A stretch of DNA of 64,000 nt from Candidatus Latescibacterota bacterium (GTDB lineage Bacteria > Latescibacterota > UBA2968): positions 2,048,001-2,112,000 of the forward strand of contig OZ242311.1 in assembly GCA_965207885.1 (NCBI GenBank). Reading direction: 5' to 3'. The translations under genes were made by a program, and so were the position numbers. Below the pieces are notes generated by a model. It was not told the origin of the DNA, ran no database searches, and saw nothing but the letters and a program-made list of their open reading frames with translations. Positions within the stretch are counted from its first letter, which is position 1, and every line of letters begins with the position of its first letter. This document shows, piece after piece, positions 47,755 through 57,856 of the stretch.

Positions 47755-48347
47755 TGATTGGCCTCTGCATGGGGAATGAAAATGGCGATATTGCCGGGAC
47801 GCAATGCCGATCCCAGGGCTTTGATATCGACAGGAGATAAAGTGATGTGCGGTATGTCACTTGTTGAAACTCCGTCCGCTCGAATGACGAGGTTTGGGGC
47901 AAAATAGAGGCGAGAACGATGGCGAGGTCCTTCTATCAGTCGTCCGGAGAAGTCGAGGGGGAACAGCCGCCCGCGAAGTCGCAGATTTGCATTGCCGGGT
48001 TCAACCGAGATGGGGTCAATTCTGGTCACAAAGCGGTAGTTCTGGGTATGGCTTTCTTTTCTGGGCGACAAGTTGAGGATGGAGCACGTTCTCAGCACAT
48101 TGCCCTGTGATTTGAGGTGAATTTGCTTTGACGGAATGTCGATGATAAGGTAGAATTCGCCCGGTGCTGTTTTGATCTGGTCGAGTTCTCGGACAAGGGC
48201 TTCGCGGTAGTTTTGGAGAACGATTTTGTCCTGACCAAATACAGGGGTTTCCACAAGAAGCAAACAAATTAGTAGATATAGACCCGGTCGCCAACTTGTA
48301 GTGAGCGATACACAAAGGCCAGGTCTTCGTCGTTGAGGCGAATACAT
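47751..48347 (-). CDS. degenerate L,D-transpeptidase-like (YkuD fold) protein; start uncertain
   Basis: FYLIIDIPSKQIHL..GNVLRTC resembles the YkuD start; lacks HG..HGC; TGA/ATG overlap with porV. Confidence 0.55.
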   Translation of the reverse strand: MYSPQRRRPGLCVSLTTSWRPGLYLLICLLLVETPVFGQDKIVLQNYREALVRELDQIKTAPGEFYLIIDIPSKQIHLKSQGNVLRTCSILNLSPRKESHTQNYRFVTRIDPISVEPGNANLRLRGRLFPLDFSGRLIEGPRHRSRLYFAPNLVIRADGVSTSDIPHITLSPVDIKALGSALRPGNIAIFIPHAEANH

Positions 48348-48856
48348 CCGTGCGTGATATGCCGTCCGAGCAATGTGGGATAAAGGGTGCCGTGAATTTC
48401 GTACCCGTCGCCCAATTTAAGGGCGTAGGCACCTAAGGTTGTCCTGTCGAGACGCCGAAACTCCCAGGGCAATACAGTGGGTTCTTCTCCATTTTCGACA
48501 AAGGCCCACAGGGGCTTGGCCCAGATGGGGTCTGTCACTTTGTGCAAAATGGTTCTGATACCTAATGGGGTGTGAAATTGCCAGCGTGCCGAAGCACCCG
48601 GATGGAGCAGTACTTTGCCGCTGCCTGTCGCACACGTCGCTTCTCGTATCATCTGGTTGTTGTGCCAAACTTGAAGACGGTTGTGTACGGTATCAATAAC
48701 GATGTAGGTTTCTGTTGCGTGCCGTTTCAATGCTTCCTGGAGTGATGCGATGTCAGCTTTGAGTTGTTCGATATCCGTTTCTCGCGCGGGTAGATGCAGG
48801 GAAAAACTGAAGAACAAATATAGCGCGAGTAATAATATGGTGTGAAAGCTGTGCAT
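48269..48856 (-). CDS. L,D-transpeptidase (YkuD/ErfK family)
   Basis: YIVIDT, CATG, TPLG, DPIW, IHGT....GRHITHGCIRL, GDRVYIY. Confidence 0.92.
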   Translation of the reverse strand: MHSFHTILLLALYLFFSFSLHLPARETDIEQLKADIASLQEALKRHATETYIVIDTVHNRLQVWHNNQMIREATCATGSGKVLLHPGASARWQFHTPLGIRTILHKVTDPIWAKPLWAFVENGEEPTVLPWEFRRLDRTTLGAYALKLGDGYEIHGTLYPTLLGRHITHGCIRLNDEDLAFVYRSLQVGDRVYIY

Positions 48857-48874
48857 GTATGGCTCAGAAATTGC

Positions 48875-48908
48875 AAAACCGAGGTGCTTTTAGCGCGCCT
48901 CGGTTTTT
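48875..48908. terminator. stem-loop/terminator after the lipoprotein gene
   Basis: AAAACCGAGGTGC-TTTTA-GC-GCGCCTCGGTTTTT. Confidence 0.65.
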
Positions 48909-48935
48909 GTCTTTTTAAAAGATATTTGGATGGTA

Positions 48936-49562
48936 CTACAGGCGGAAATACCAGGGTTTGTTTCGTTCTTTCCAGTCTTCGATTTTCTGAAGCGCGACCG
49001 TAACAGCACCTTGAACACCTGCTAATTTGTTTTCCGCATCTTGTGCTTGAGCGAGAGCATCTCTGTATTGCCCATTGTCGAGGCTGCTGCGTGCGTCGCT
49101 TACGCTGGTCTCGGCCTGATTCAGGTCGGCGTTGAGTTGATCGAGATCATCGTCAGCGCCTTTTCCTCGAGGTGCCTCACCCAAACTGACTCTGGTGTCT
49201 GAAATGCCAGGCATGACGCGTTCGATAATCGCCTGGGTATCGGCCTCCAATTGCCTGTTGGTGTCAGCTTCTGATTTTGCACTATTAGCTAACTCCTGAG
49301 CTTCTACATAAAGAGGCTCAGCCTCGTCAAATTTATTAAAGAAGAAGAACTTTTTCTCTTCAAACTTCTTGGCGGCACTGTCTATGGCAGCGGTTGCTAT
49401 GCGATATGATTCGGGCGCATAAGCCTCGGCCTGAGCCGCCTGTGCTGCAGCATAAGCTGCCTCAGTATCTGCTTTCAATTTTACCAATTCTTCGGAAGGC
49501 CCACAACCCGTTATGGCAAATGCCAAAATCAGAACAGTGCAAAGGCTTAAAATGGATCGCAT
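48936..49562 (-). CDS. helical Ala-rich lipoprotein (DUF4398-like)
   Basis: Lipobox AITG-C, AEAYAPESY, APRGKG, coiled-coil; AAGGAG RBS. Confidence 0.75.
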   Translation of the reverse strand: MRSILSLCTVLILAFAITGCGPSEELVKLKADTEAAYAAAQAAQAEAYAPESYRIATAAIDSAAKKFEEKKFFFFNKFDEAEPLYVEAQELANSAKSEADTNRQLEADTQAIIERVMPGISDTRVSLGEAPRGKGADDDLDQLNADLNQAETSVSDARSSLDNGQYRDALAQAQDAENKLAGVQGAVTVALQKIEDWKERNKPWYFRL

Positions 49563-49704
49563 CCTTAGACTCCTTGAGTGTGTTGTCAATAAAGGCTTTA
49601 CGCATTGTCTTCTTTGCGGAAGATAAAACACAAATTTCCGCTTGTCAACACCAATTTTGAGATATGGGAAATGGTGTTGAGCTATCGGTGATGATGTATT
49701 TTAT

Positions 49705-50556
49705 TTATCGCCGTTCGCTTTTTTTATAAAAAAGTTTGTTCAGTGGGCTTTTGGGATCCGTAAGGTATTTGGCTTCGTCGGGCGTCAGGGCTTTGTCAAA
49801 AACAGCGATTTCGTCAATTTCTCCAGGGTATTTGAAATGATTAAATCGCATCACGAGGGTTTCTATATCCCAGGTCATATTTTGTTGAAGCGGACCTTTG
49901 CGCCCTGCTTCTTTGCCATCTATATACAACGCCCATTCTGCATCGGCCTTGCCACTGTTAAAGTTGGACCAGGTAATCGCAATGTGGTGCCAGTCATTTG
50001 CACGCCAGTTGACCGGTACAGAAATCACACGAGCTGCGACTACATCGTCGGTAACTGGTTGTTCTTTGTTGGGATAGCACCCAAATCGAAGCGTGCCATC
50101 GGCTTTTTTGAAATCGACAAATACAACTGCATCATCCCAGGGATATTTCCCACTCTCTTTTTTTCCAACGTGAAAGGGTTCTGGGTAGCTTTCATCAAAG
50201 CTGGCGATGTCGGCTTTGAGCCAGAATGCAATGCTGCCAGACCACGCGCTGTTTGCACTGTAGGCGAGATTGTTTTTACCGCTGTAATTGAGTGCGCCCG
50301 CATCTGGATTAAAAGCCAAATATCCGTCGGGATTGCCGCCTTGCTTGATGTGGTTGGTGTTGGCTGTGTCAAAGGTAGCCAATGGGTCGCCAAGGCTGTC
50401 GAGGGCATCCACGCCTTTTTCAAAGTTGGCAAAAAAAAGTATGTGTGCTCGCAGGCTCTCTTCAATGGCCTTTTCAGGGCCACCACAGGCTGTTGTGATT
50501 GATAGAAATATGAGGGTTAGAGTGCCGCGAGATAGCTGGAAAAAGTGGAGCGACAT
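49705..50556 (-). CDS. LamG-like jellyroll domain lipoprotein
   Basis: Lipobox ITTAC, SIAFW, DWHHIAITW, LYIDG, GEIDEIAVFDKALT. Confidence 0.8.
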   Translation of the reverse strand: MSLHFFQLSRGTLTLIFLSITTACGGPEKAIEESLRAHILFFANFEKGVDALDSLGDPLATFDTANTNHIKQGGNPDGYLAFNPDAGALNYSGKNNLAYSANSAWSGSIAFWLKADIASFDESYPEPFHVGKKESGKYPWDDAVVFVDFKKADGTLRFGCYPNKEQPVTDDVVAARVISVPVNWRANDWHHIAITWSNFNSGKADAEWALYIDGKEAGRKGPLQQNMTWDIETLVMRFNHFKYPGEIDEIAVFDKALTPDEAKYLTDPKSPLNKLFYKKSERR

Positions 50557-50807
50557 GTGTAAGGTTTCCTCGAAAAAAGAAGTTTGGCGTATTGTGGAGT
50601 TAAGTACACAAGTTGATATACTCCCAAAACGCGGGGATGTCAATACCAAAATAATGGAATTACAAAGATAGCTTAAATACTCGAAAAATCAATAGTTGAG
50701 ATACTCGAAAACTCTGTCTCGGAAATTGTCTTGACATCTCAAAAGTTATTTGTTAGCATAAATTCAATTTCCCAAAATGTTTGGCATTCTCAACAGGAGT
50801 CTCCTCG

Positions 50808-53800
50808 ATGCGTAAAATCGGCACAGGTATTCTCTGGATAATCACGATTTTGATGTTGTCTTCGGTGACCATTTTTAATCCGGGACAGGTGACGGATTTT
50901 TTTGTCACGCTTTTTAATATTAAACCGAGTATTCCCGAACTCAAACCCATTGAAATTTCAGAACGCGATCGAGAAATTCGGTCCATTGCCGAGTCCATTA
51001 CACAAGAAGATGTAAGCCAAATTATTACCGACCTGTCGGGGATGGGATCTCGGGTGCCTGGCTATGCGGGGCATAGGCAGGCTTTTGAATATGTCAAACA
51101 GCATTTTGAGCAATTTGGTCTCGAAGATATCAAGGTCGAAGAGCACACGGTAACGGTTCCCGTTGACAAAGGTGCTTCACTCACTTTGACGGATACCGGC
51201 GAAGAAATTGCGATCTACGGTTTTTGGCCCAACCATGTACAAACGCCCTCTGTGCCCAGCGCTGGGATTTCGGGGGCGCTTATTTACGGGGGCAAGGGAT
51301 CGTTTTCAGAACTGAATGGCAAAAAGGTCGAAGGCAGCGTTGTCCTGATGGACTTCGATTGTGATCAGGGCTATTTAAGCCCTCGTATGCTGGGGGCACA
51401 GGCTATTTTATTTTACGACAATGGGCGGGTTACACAGGGACAGGCTATGGATAAGTTTTTGCCCGTGCCCGTTGATGTGCCCCGGTTCTGGGTCAAGAAA
51501 GACGATGCTTTGCGTTTGCTCGAATTGGCCCAAATGCAATCTCCCGAAGTGCGTTTAACGTCGAAGATGGATTGGGAAGAGGTGCCGACCTGGAATATTT
51601 TTGCAACCGTTCCCGGATCCGAAGACTATATCACTGAGCGCGAAGAGCGCAAATGGAAAGATCAGCAGATTGTGCTGAGTGCTTTTTACGATGCCATTTC
51701 CGTTGTGCCCGCTCTCGCGCCGGGTGCTGAAAATGCGTCGGGGTTGGCTGCACTTTTACACACTGCCCGCGTTTTGAAACAGAATCCGCCCAAATATTCG
51801 GTGACCTTTTTAGCAACTGGTTCTCATTTTCAAGGCCTATCGGGTATCAATGATTTTGTGTATCGCCACTCGCGCGAGAGCGATCATTTCCGCGATAAAA
51901 TTCCCGATAGTTTATCGGTTGCCGGTGCTTATCTCGATGGCGAACTGATTCCGCGCGACAGCGAAGATTTTGAAGAGCTCATTCCCGGTAGCTACAAAAT
52001 TGATTTTCGGTTATTTATCGGGTTGGACCTGTCGAGTGAATCCGATCAGTTGGCGAGCTTTTCACACGGCACCTTTAATAACCCAAATTGGCAGACAGAC
52101 AATTATCTGAATAATCTGCTGGCGCCTTATGCGGACAAATTCGATAAATATATGGCCAAAGTCTTTCCGGGCGAAGAAGTGCGCCATGTCGATGCGATTG
52201 CACCGCCAAAACGCACCTGGAAGAATTTTATGCCCATTCGCCTGGGATTCGACAGCGAGGCCGTCACATTTGTTGGCAAAGAAGGCATTACACTGGCGAC
52301 GCCATCAACCGTGCGGCGGTTTGTCGATACACCTGTCGATCGCGTGGAGCATGTCAATATGGGCAATTTGACGCGTCAGGTCCAAACGGCGATCGCTGCC
52401 ATGATGAAAGCGGGCGAAGATCCCGAGTTTTTCAGGGTATCCAAACTCAAATTGCAAGATCGCGGACACAGTTTGAAAGGGCGCGTATTGTGGTTTGATC
52501 GCAATGTCGATTTTGCATTGCCTCGCGTGCCTGTCCCAGGAGGGGTTGCGACGTATCGACAGCCGGGCAATGTCCATAGCTGTGCGGGAGTGCGGACGCT
52601 GATTATAGACAAGACAACAGAAGGTCCCATTTACGATGTCAAATTGGCGAAAAATAGAACAGATGCAGATCTAAAATTGTATGGCGACCCGGACAAAGTT
52701 AAACAAACGGGAGAGTTTTTCTTCAATATTATGCGAAATCGGTTCACCAATCGCATTTTGGCTTATGATATTGATGAGGAAGGAACTATTACGTCGGCAC
52801 CCGACATGGGGTCTGAGGGCGATAAAAAATTCCCACTGACGCAGCGATATGGCTGGTGGGAAAATGAAATGATGACAGTTCTGTTTAAGAGTCGCTCCGT
52901 CAGTGTTTTTGAAATTATAGATTCGAGCTATTTGTCCGCGCTCGATTTTATGACGGTGCTCAACGAAAATGACACACAACCTCTGGAATTTGGTTATACG
53001 TATTTGCCGGGACAAAGCACCAAAGAGGGCGATGTGACGCGCGCTGCAGTGACGTTTGCGCGTGTGGATGAACACACGGGAGAAGCCGAGCGGTTGAAAG
53101 TTTTGATGAGCACGGGATTATTTGGCGTTAAGTATTTGCTGATCAATGCGCCCCAGAAGTTTTTGGACAATCCGGTTGATAAACGCGAGGTTAATCCCGA
53201 TCTTCTGGAAGAGGCCCGAGGTGAAGGGTATGAACCCGGCGTCATTTTCAGACCTTCGTATCAGGCCGCCAAAGATATGTGGGTGATTGACGATGTGCGG
53301 ATGAAACAATTGGCGCAATTTGGTATTGAAAACAATCGGCTCACCCTGTTGCACAACAGCGCGCGCGAAGCCCTGATTGAAGCGCGTCAGCACCTTGAAA
53401 ATCTGGATTACGAAGGGTTTATGAACGCATCCCGGCGGGCATGGGGGCTGGAGGCGCGGGGTTATCCCGAAGTGATGGCGACGGCCAATGATACTGTTCG
53501 GGGCATTATTTTTTATTTTATTTTATTGCTGCCGTTTTCATTTTTCTGCGAGCGTTTGTTGATTGGTGCGTCGAGTATTACCGCGAGGTTGAGTTGGTTT
53601 GCCGCATTTTTTATATTTTTCTTTATTGTTCTGCGCTTTGTCCATCCGGCTTTTCAGTTGAGCAATTCCCCCTATATTATTTTTCTCGCATTTGTGATTA
53701 TGGCTCTCGGAGGCGTGGCCATGGTCATTGTGGTGTCTAAGTTTGGCGATGAAGTTCGCAAAATGAAGCAGGCTTCTGCCGGGACTTATGAAGCCGATGT

Positions 53801-55655
53801 CGGGCGCATTAGCGCGACGTCGGCCGCGATTGTGCTGGGCATTTCAAATTTGAGAAAGCGCCCCATGCGCACGGGGTTGACGGCGATTACGTTGACCTTA
53901 TTGACTTTTACGACATTGTCTTTTACCTCGGTACAGACTTCGTTGAAGTTCTACAAATTGCCCCGCGATAACGAGCCGTCGTATCAGGGGGCACTCGTGC
54001 GCGACCGATCCTGGCGCGGGATGCAGGAATCCGTACTCAATTATCTCAATAGTGCCTTTGAAGGCCGCGCCGATATTGTGCCGCGATCGTGGTATTTGTC
54101 ACAGGTGCGTGGCGAGCGCGCTTATGTGAATTTTTCTCGCTTGACAGAGGCCACCGCCGATATGGGTCCAAAGGAGATTTACGTCGATTTCGATGTGGGC
54201 ATTACCACGGGAAAAGACAGTTTTGTCAATGCGCTGTTGGGTCTTACACCTGACGAACCCAAAATTACCGGAGTTGATCGCTATTTGATGAGCGGGCGGT
54301 GGTTTGAACCCGGAGAAGAGTTCGTTTGTCTGTTGCCAAATGATCTGGCCGAGCTTGTGGGTATTTTCCCGGAAGATGCCGGTACAGCCAAAATTGAAAT
54401 GCAGGGACAGGTTTTTACGGTGATTGGCATTCTCGATTCTGAAATGTTTAACAAGTTCAAAGATCTGGACGATGAAAAATTGACCCCTGTTGATACGGTT
54501 AAAGAAAAAGACGATTTGGCAGATGCACAAGATCAGGACCCGCGGGTTGTTGCGGCTGCGCCTATTGAGACCTTTACCCACCTGGAATCGACCAATGTGC
54601 TCGTCGTGCCCTATGAGTATATTCGGGATATCGGGGGCGTGTTGGCTTCGGTGGCGATTGCGAATTTCAGGGATGAGAGCGGGCAGCCCAAGTTGAATTT
54701 TGTCCCCGATATTGAAGAGTTTATGGCACGCGTGTCTTTGACGATGTTTGTGGGCAAGGATGATGGTGTAACCGTCTATAGTTCGATTGGTTCAACGTCG
54801 CTTTCTGGATTGGGCAATTTGTTTATTCCGATCTTGATTGCGGCGCTTATTGTGCTCAATACTATGATGGGTGCTGTGTATGAGCGTTTTCGAGAGATCA
54901 GTATTTATTCTTCGGTGGGATTGGCTCCCAATCATATTGCGGCACTTTTCCTCGCGGAGGCTGGCGTATTTGCCACACTCGGTGCGGTTATGGGATATTT
55001 AATTGGACAAGTGCTTGTGCTCATACTTTACAATGAGGGATTGTTGGGGGGCCTGGAATTGAATTATTCGTCGCTGTCCGCAATTTCCGCCACGTTGATT
55101 GTGATGGCAACGGTATTTCTTTCGGCGCTTTATCCAGCCAAAAAAGCCGCTGATATGGCCGTGCCCGATGTGACCCGAAAATGGGAATTTCCCGATCCGG
55201 ATGGCGATCGGTGGGTATTTGATTTTCCCTTTACAGTGGGCGGTGCCGAGGTATTGGGCATGTACTCTTATTTGACCCGGGTTTTTGAATCTTATGGCGA
55301 GGGGTCGGTGGGTGATTTTGTAGCAGATCACGTGAAGTTCTGGTCTGAGGATCACGAGGGAGAACCGCAATACAATATTGACCTGACGGCGTGGTTGGCG
55401 CCTTATGACCTGGGAATTAGCCAGGAAGTGCAGTTGAAAGCCATTCCAACGGGTGAGCACAATATTTATAAAATTGAAGTGGTGATCAATCGCTTGAGTG
55501 GGGATGTGGCGTCCTGGAAACGGATCAATCGCGGATTTTTGAATGTGTTGAGAAAGCGGTTCCTGGTCTGGCGCACAATTCCGGGCGACATGAAGTTCAA
55601 TTATGCAGAAGACGGACGCCGGGTTTTGTCTGGCGAGGTCGCGGCAATAGCATAA
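50808..55655 (+). CDS. large M28-like/PA-domain + FtsX/MacB-type permease fusion
   Basis: SRVPGYAG, PA-like insert, SAFYDA, APGAENASG; TM bundle; NLRKRPMRTGLT; VYERFREISIYSSVGLAP, YPAKKAA. Confidence 0.75.
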   Translation: MRKIGTGILWIITILMLSSVTIFNPGQVTDFFVTLFNIKPSIPELKPIEISERDREIRSIAESITQEDVSQIITDLSGMGSRVPGYAGHRQAFEYVKQHFEQFGLEDIKVEEHTVTVPVDKGASLTLTDTGEEIAIYGFWPNHVQTPSVPSAGISGALIYGGKGSFSELNGKKVEGSVVLMDFDCDQGYLSPRMLGAQAILFYDNGRVTQGQAMDKFLPVPVDVPRFWVKKDDALRLLELAQMQSPEVRLTSKMDWEEVPTWNIFATVPGSEDYITEREERKWKDQQIVLSAFYDAISVVPALAPGAENASGLAALLHTARVLKQNPPKYSVTFLATGSHFQGLSGINDFVYRHSRESDHFRDKIPDSLSVAGAYLDGELIPRDSEDFEELIPGSYKIDFRLFIGLDLSSESDQLASFSHGTFNNPNWQTDNYLNNLLAPYADKFDKYMAKVFPGEEVRHVDAIAPPKRTWKNFMPIRLGFDSEAVTFVGKEGITLATPSTVRRFVDTPVDRVEHVNMGNLTRQVQTAIAAMMKAGEDPEFFRVSKLKLQDRGHSLKGRVLWFDRNVDFALPRVPVPGGVATYRQPGNVHSCAGVRTLIIDKTTEGPIYDVKLAKNRTDADLKLYGDPDKVKQTGEFFFNIMRNRFTNRILAYDIDEEGTITSAPDMGSEGDKKFPLTQRYGWWENEMMTVLFKSRSVSVFEIIDSSYLSALDFMTVLNENDTQPLEFGYTYLPGQSTKEGDVTRAAVTFARVDEHTGEAERLKVLMSTGLFGVKYLLINAPQKFLDNPVDKREVNPDLLEEARGEGYEPGVIFRPSYQAAKDMWVIDDVRMKQLAQFGIENNRLTLLHNSAREALIEARQHLENLDYEGFMNASRRAWGLEARGYPEVMATANDTVRGIIFYFILLLPFSFFCERLLIGASSITARLSWFAAFFIFFFIVLRFVHPAFQLSNSPYIIFLAFVIMALGGVAMVIVVSKFGDEVRKMKQASAGTYEADVGRISATSAAIVLGISNLRKRPMRTGLTAITLTLLTFTTLSFTSVQTSLKFYKLPRDNEPSYQGALVRDRSWRGMQESVLNYLNSAFEGRADIVPRSWYLSQVRGERAYVNFSRLTEATADMGPKEIYVDFDVGITTGKDSFVNALLGLTPDEPKITGVDRYLMSGRWFEPGEEFVCLLPNDLAELVGIFPEDAGTAKIEMQGQVFTVIGILDSEMFNKFKDLDDEKLTPVDTVKEKDDLADAQDQDPRVVAAAPIETFTHLESTNVLVVPYEYIRDIGGVLASVAIANFRDESGQPKLNFVPDIEEFMARVSLTMFVGKDDGVTVYSSIGSTSLSGLGNLFIPILIAALIVLNTMMGAVYERFREISIYSSVGLAPNHIAALFLAEAGVFATLGAVMGYLIGQVLVLILYNEGLLGGLELNYSSLSAISATLIVMATVFLSALYPAKKAADMAVPDVTRKWEFPDPDGDRWVFDFPFTVGGAEVLGMYSYLTRVFESYGEGSVGDFVADHVKFWSEDHEGEPQYNIDLTAWLAPYDLGISQEVQLKAIPTGEHNIYKIEVVINRLSGDVASWKRINRGFLNVLRKRFLVWRTIPGDMKFNYAEDGRRVLSGEVAAIA

Positions 55656-55692
55656 TGTGTAGATTTTGTGAATTTCCTTCTGGGAGGCAATT

Positions 55693-57750
55693 TTGGCAAC
55701 CGACGAACCAAGAGATACAGAAGAAACAAAAGAGGATCTGACGGAATACGAACAGATTATGCCAGAGGACGCGCCTTTTGAAGATGGCTTTGGCTGGAAG
55801 ACGATATGGGCGACGGCGTTCGTTGGGATTGTCATGTTGCCGGGGGCGATTTATCTGGGCCTGGTGACAGGGCAGAGCATGGCTGGCGCATCTGAGTGGG
55901 TGACGATTATTCTCTTTTTAGAGATTGCCAAGCGCTCTTTTGTTCGGCTCAAGACACAGGAAATTTTGATTATCTATTGGGTCGCCGCAGGGCTGTTGGG
56001 CATTGGGGTAAAACTCGGCTCTGGCGCGCACCTGTACGGTGGACCTTTTGGGGGGTTGATCTGGGATCAGTATTTGATTCAGTCACCTGCGGCAAAGGGT
56101 CTGGATAGTTATATTCCAAATTGGGTGGCACCGTCTTTGGATTCGCCGGTTTATGCCGAGCGCACATTTGTGCATCCCGACTGGATTTTGCCGGTGTTGA
56201 TTCTGTTTCTGGCCATGATTATCAATCAGACTGCGCGGCTGTCCTTTGGGTATGTGATGTTTCGCATTACCAGCGATATCGAGCAATTGCCTTTTCCGCT
56301 GGAGCCTGTCCACGCGAGAGGTGTTACAGCACTGGCTGAAACATCGGCCAAAGCCGAGGGTTGGCGGTGGCGCGTGTTCAGCACGGGAACGTGTATTGGT
56401 CTGGTGTGGGGATTGCTCTATGTGGTTGTGCCCACGTTGTCGGGTATTTTTCTGACAGAGACCGTTCAGGTTTTGCCCATTCCATTTATCGATTTTACAG
56501 CCGAGGTAAAGACCATATTGCCCGCTGCTGTGTTTGGCATAGGAACGGATTTGGGGCATTTATTGATCGGTTTTGTCCTTCCGTTTTACGTGGTGGTGGG
56601 ATCGTTTATCGGTGCTGTGCTCGCCAATCTGGTGATTAATCCAGTGCTTTATCTTCACACAGACGTTTTAAGCCGATGGGCACCGGGTATGACGGCGATC
56701 CCCGCGAGTATTTCCAATCGTTTTGACTTCTGGTTGAGCTTTGGGATCGGCACTTCGTTTGTTATTGCGGCCACTGGTTTTTATATGGTGGGTAAAACCC
56801 TGTTGGAACAGCGCAAATTGCAACAGGAAACAGGGCACCACTCGGTGAAAATTAGTATGGAGGATTTGCCCGAGGGGCGAGGGGATATACCGATGAAGTG
56901 GCCTCTCGTGTTGTGGGTCATGGCTTCTTTTGCCGCCATTGGGCTGTGCCAGTGGCTCGTGCCAGAGTTTCAATGGTACTGGCTGGTTTTCTTTGCGTTT
57001 ATTTATACGCCTGTTTCGTCTTATATCGGTGCCCGGATGATTGGTCTTACGGGCAGTCCCTATGGGGCGAGCATTCCCTATATTCGGGAAGCGGCCATTT
57101 TTCTGTCGGGGTATAAGGGGGTGGCGGTTTGGTTTGCTCCCATTCCTCTGCACGACCACGGGCTGGCCGTGCGGCAGTTTAAGCAATTGGAATTGACCAA
57201 AACGAAGATCGGCAGTTATATCAAAATGGTTGTAATTACGACTTTTGTGATTTTCATCTGTAGCTTTATGTTCTATGAGTTTATCTGGCGGCTGGGTCCC
57301 ATTCCATCTGCGACATATCCCTATGTGCAGTTGTTCTGGCCGTTTGAAGCTACGATGCAAACTATGTGGCTCAAATCGACTTTGCCACCTGGAGAAGTAC
57401 AGGGTGCTGCGGGTCTGGAACTCCTGGCAGACATTATCAAGCCAGAATATATAGGTGCTGGTTTCGTTACAGGGGGGCTTCTCTATCTGGTACTGGTCGC
57501 CGCCAAGGTCCCCGTGCTGGCATTTTTCGGTTTTGTGAATGGCCTGGCGCAATGGCCGCACTTTGTCATTTTGAATTTTGCCGGGGCCATGCTGGGGCGA
57601 TACCATTTTGCCAAGCGGTTTGGCGAGTCCAAATGGAACGCTTACGCGCCTATTTTATTGGCGGGTTATTCCTGTGGTATGGGGCTTATTGGTATGACCT
57701 CAATTGCTGTGGCTTTGATATCCAAAGCCGTGTCTCAAGTGGTTTTCTAA
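55693..57750 (+). CDS. OPT-like multi-pass membrane 'peptide transporter'
   Basis: Many TM helices, FEDGFGWKT, EQLPFPLEPV, PSATYPY. Confidence 0.6.
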   Translation: MATDEPRDTEETKEDLTEYEQIMPEDAPFEDGFGWKTIWATAFVGIVMLPGAIYLGLVTGQSMAGASEWVTIILFLEIAKRSFVRLKTQEILIIYWVAAGLLGIGVKLGSGAHLYGGPFGGLIWDQYLIQSPAAKGLDSYIPNWVAPSLDSPVYAERTFVHPDWILPVLILFLAMIINQTARLSFGYVMFRITSDIEQLPFPLEPVHARGVTALAETSAKAEGWRWRVFSTGTCIGLVWGLLYVVVPTLSGIFLTETVQVLPIPFIDFTAEVKTILPAAVFGIGTDLGHLLIGFVLPFYVVVGSFIGAVLANLVINPVLYLHTDVLSRWAPGMTAIPASISNRFDFWLSFGIGTSFVIAATGFYMVGKTLLEQRKLQQETGHHSVKISMEDLPEGRGDIPMKWPLVLWVMASFAAIGLCQWLVPEFQWYWLVFFAFIYTPVSSYIGARMIGLTGSPYGASIPYIREAAIFLSGYKGVAVWFAPIPLHDHGLAVRQFKQLELTKTKIGSYIKMVVITTFVIFICSFMFYEFIWRLGPIPSATYPYVQLFWPFEATMQTMWLKSTLPPGEVQGAAGLELLADIIKPEYIGAGFVTGGLLYLVLVAAKVPVLAFFGFVNGLAQWPHFVILNFAGAMLGRYHFAKRFGESKWNAYAPILLAGYSCGMGLIGMTSIAVALISKAVSQVVF

Positions 57751-57856
57751 GATAAAATGATGGATGGAACTTTTATCCGGGCATGTGTCGTCTAATTTGT
57801 TGCGATACATGCCCGGTTTTATAGGCATTTTATTAACTTTTTCAAAGGAGCAGATT

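Noticed and set aside
56668-57606. 312-aa minus-strand ORF (and 54999-55835)
   Set aside because: Antisense shadows of the large membrane-protein genes with no protein-like features.
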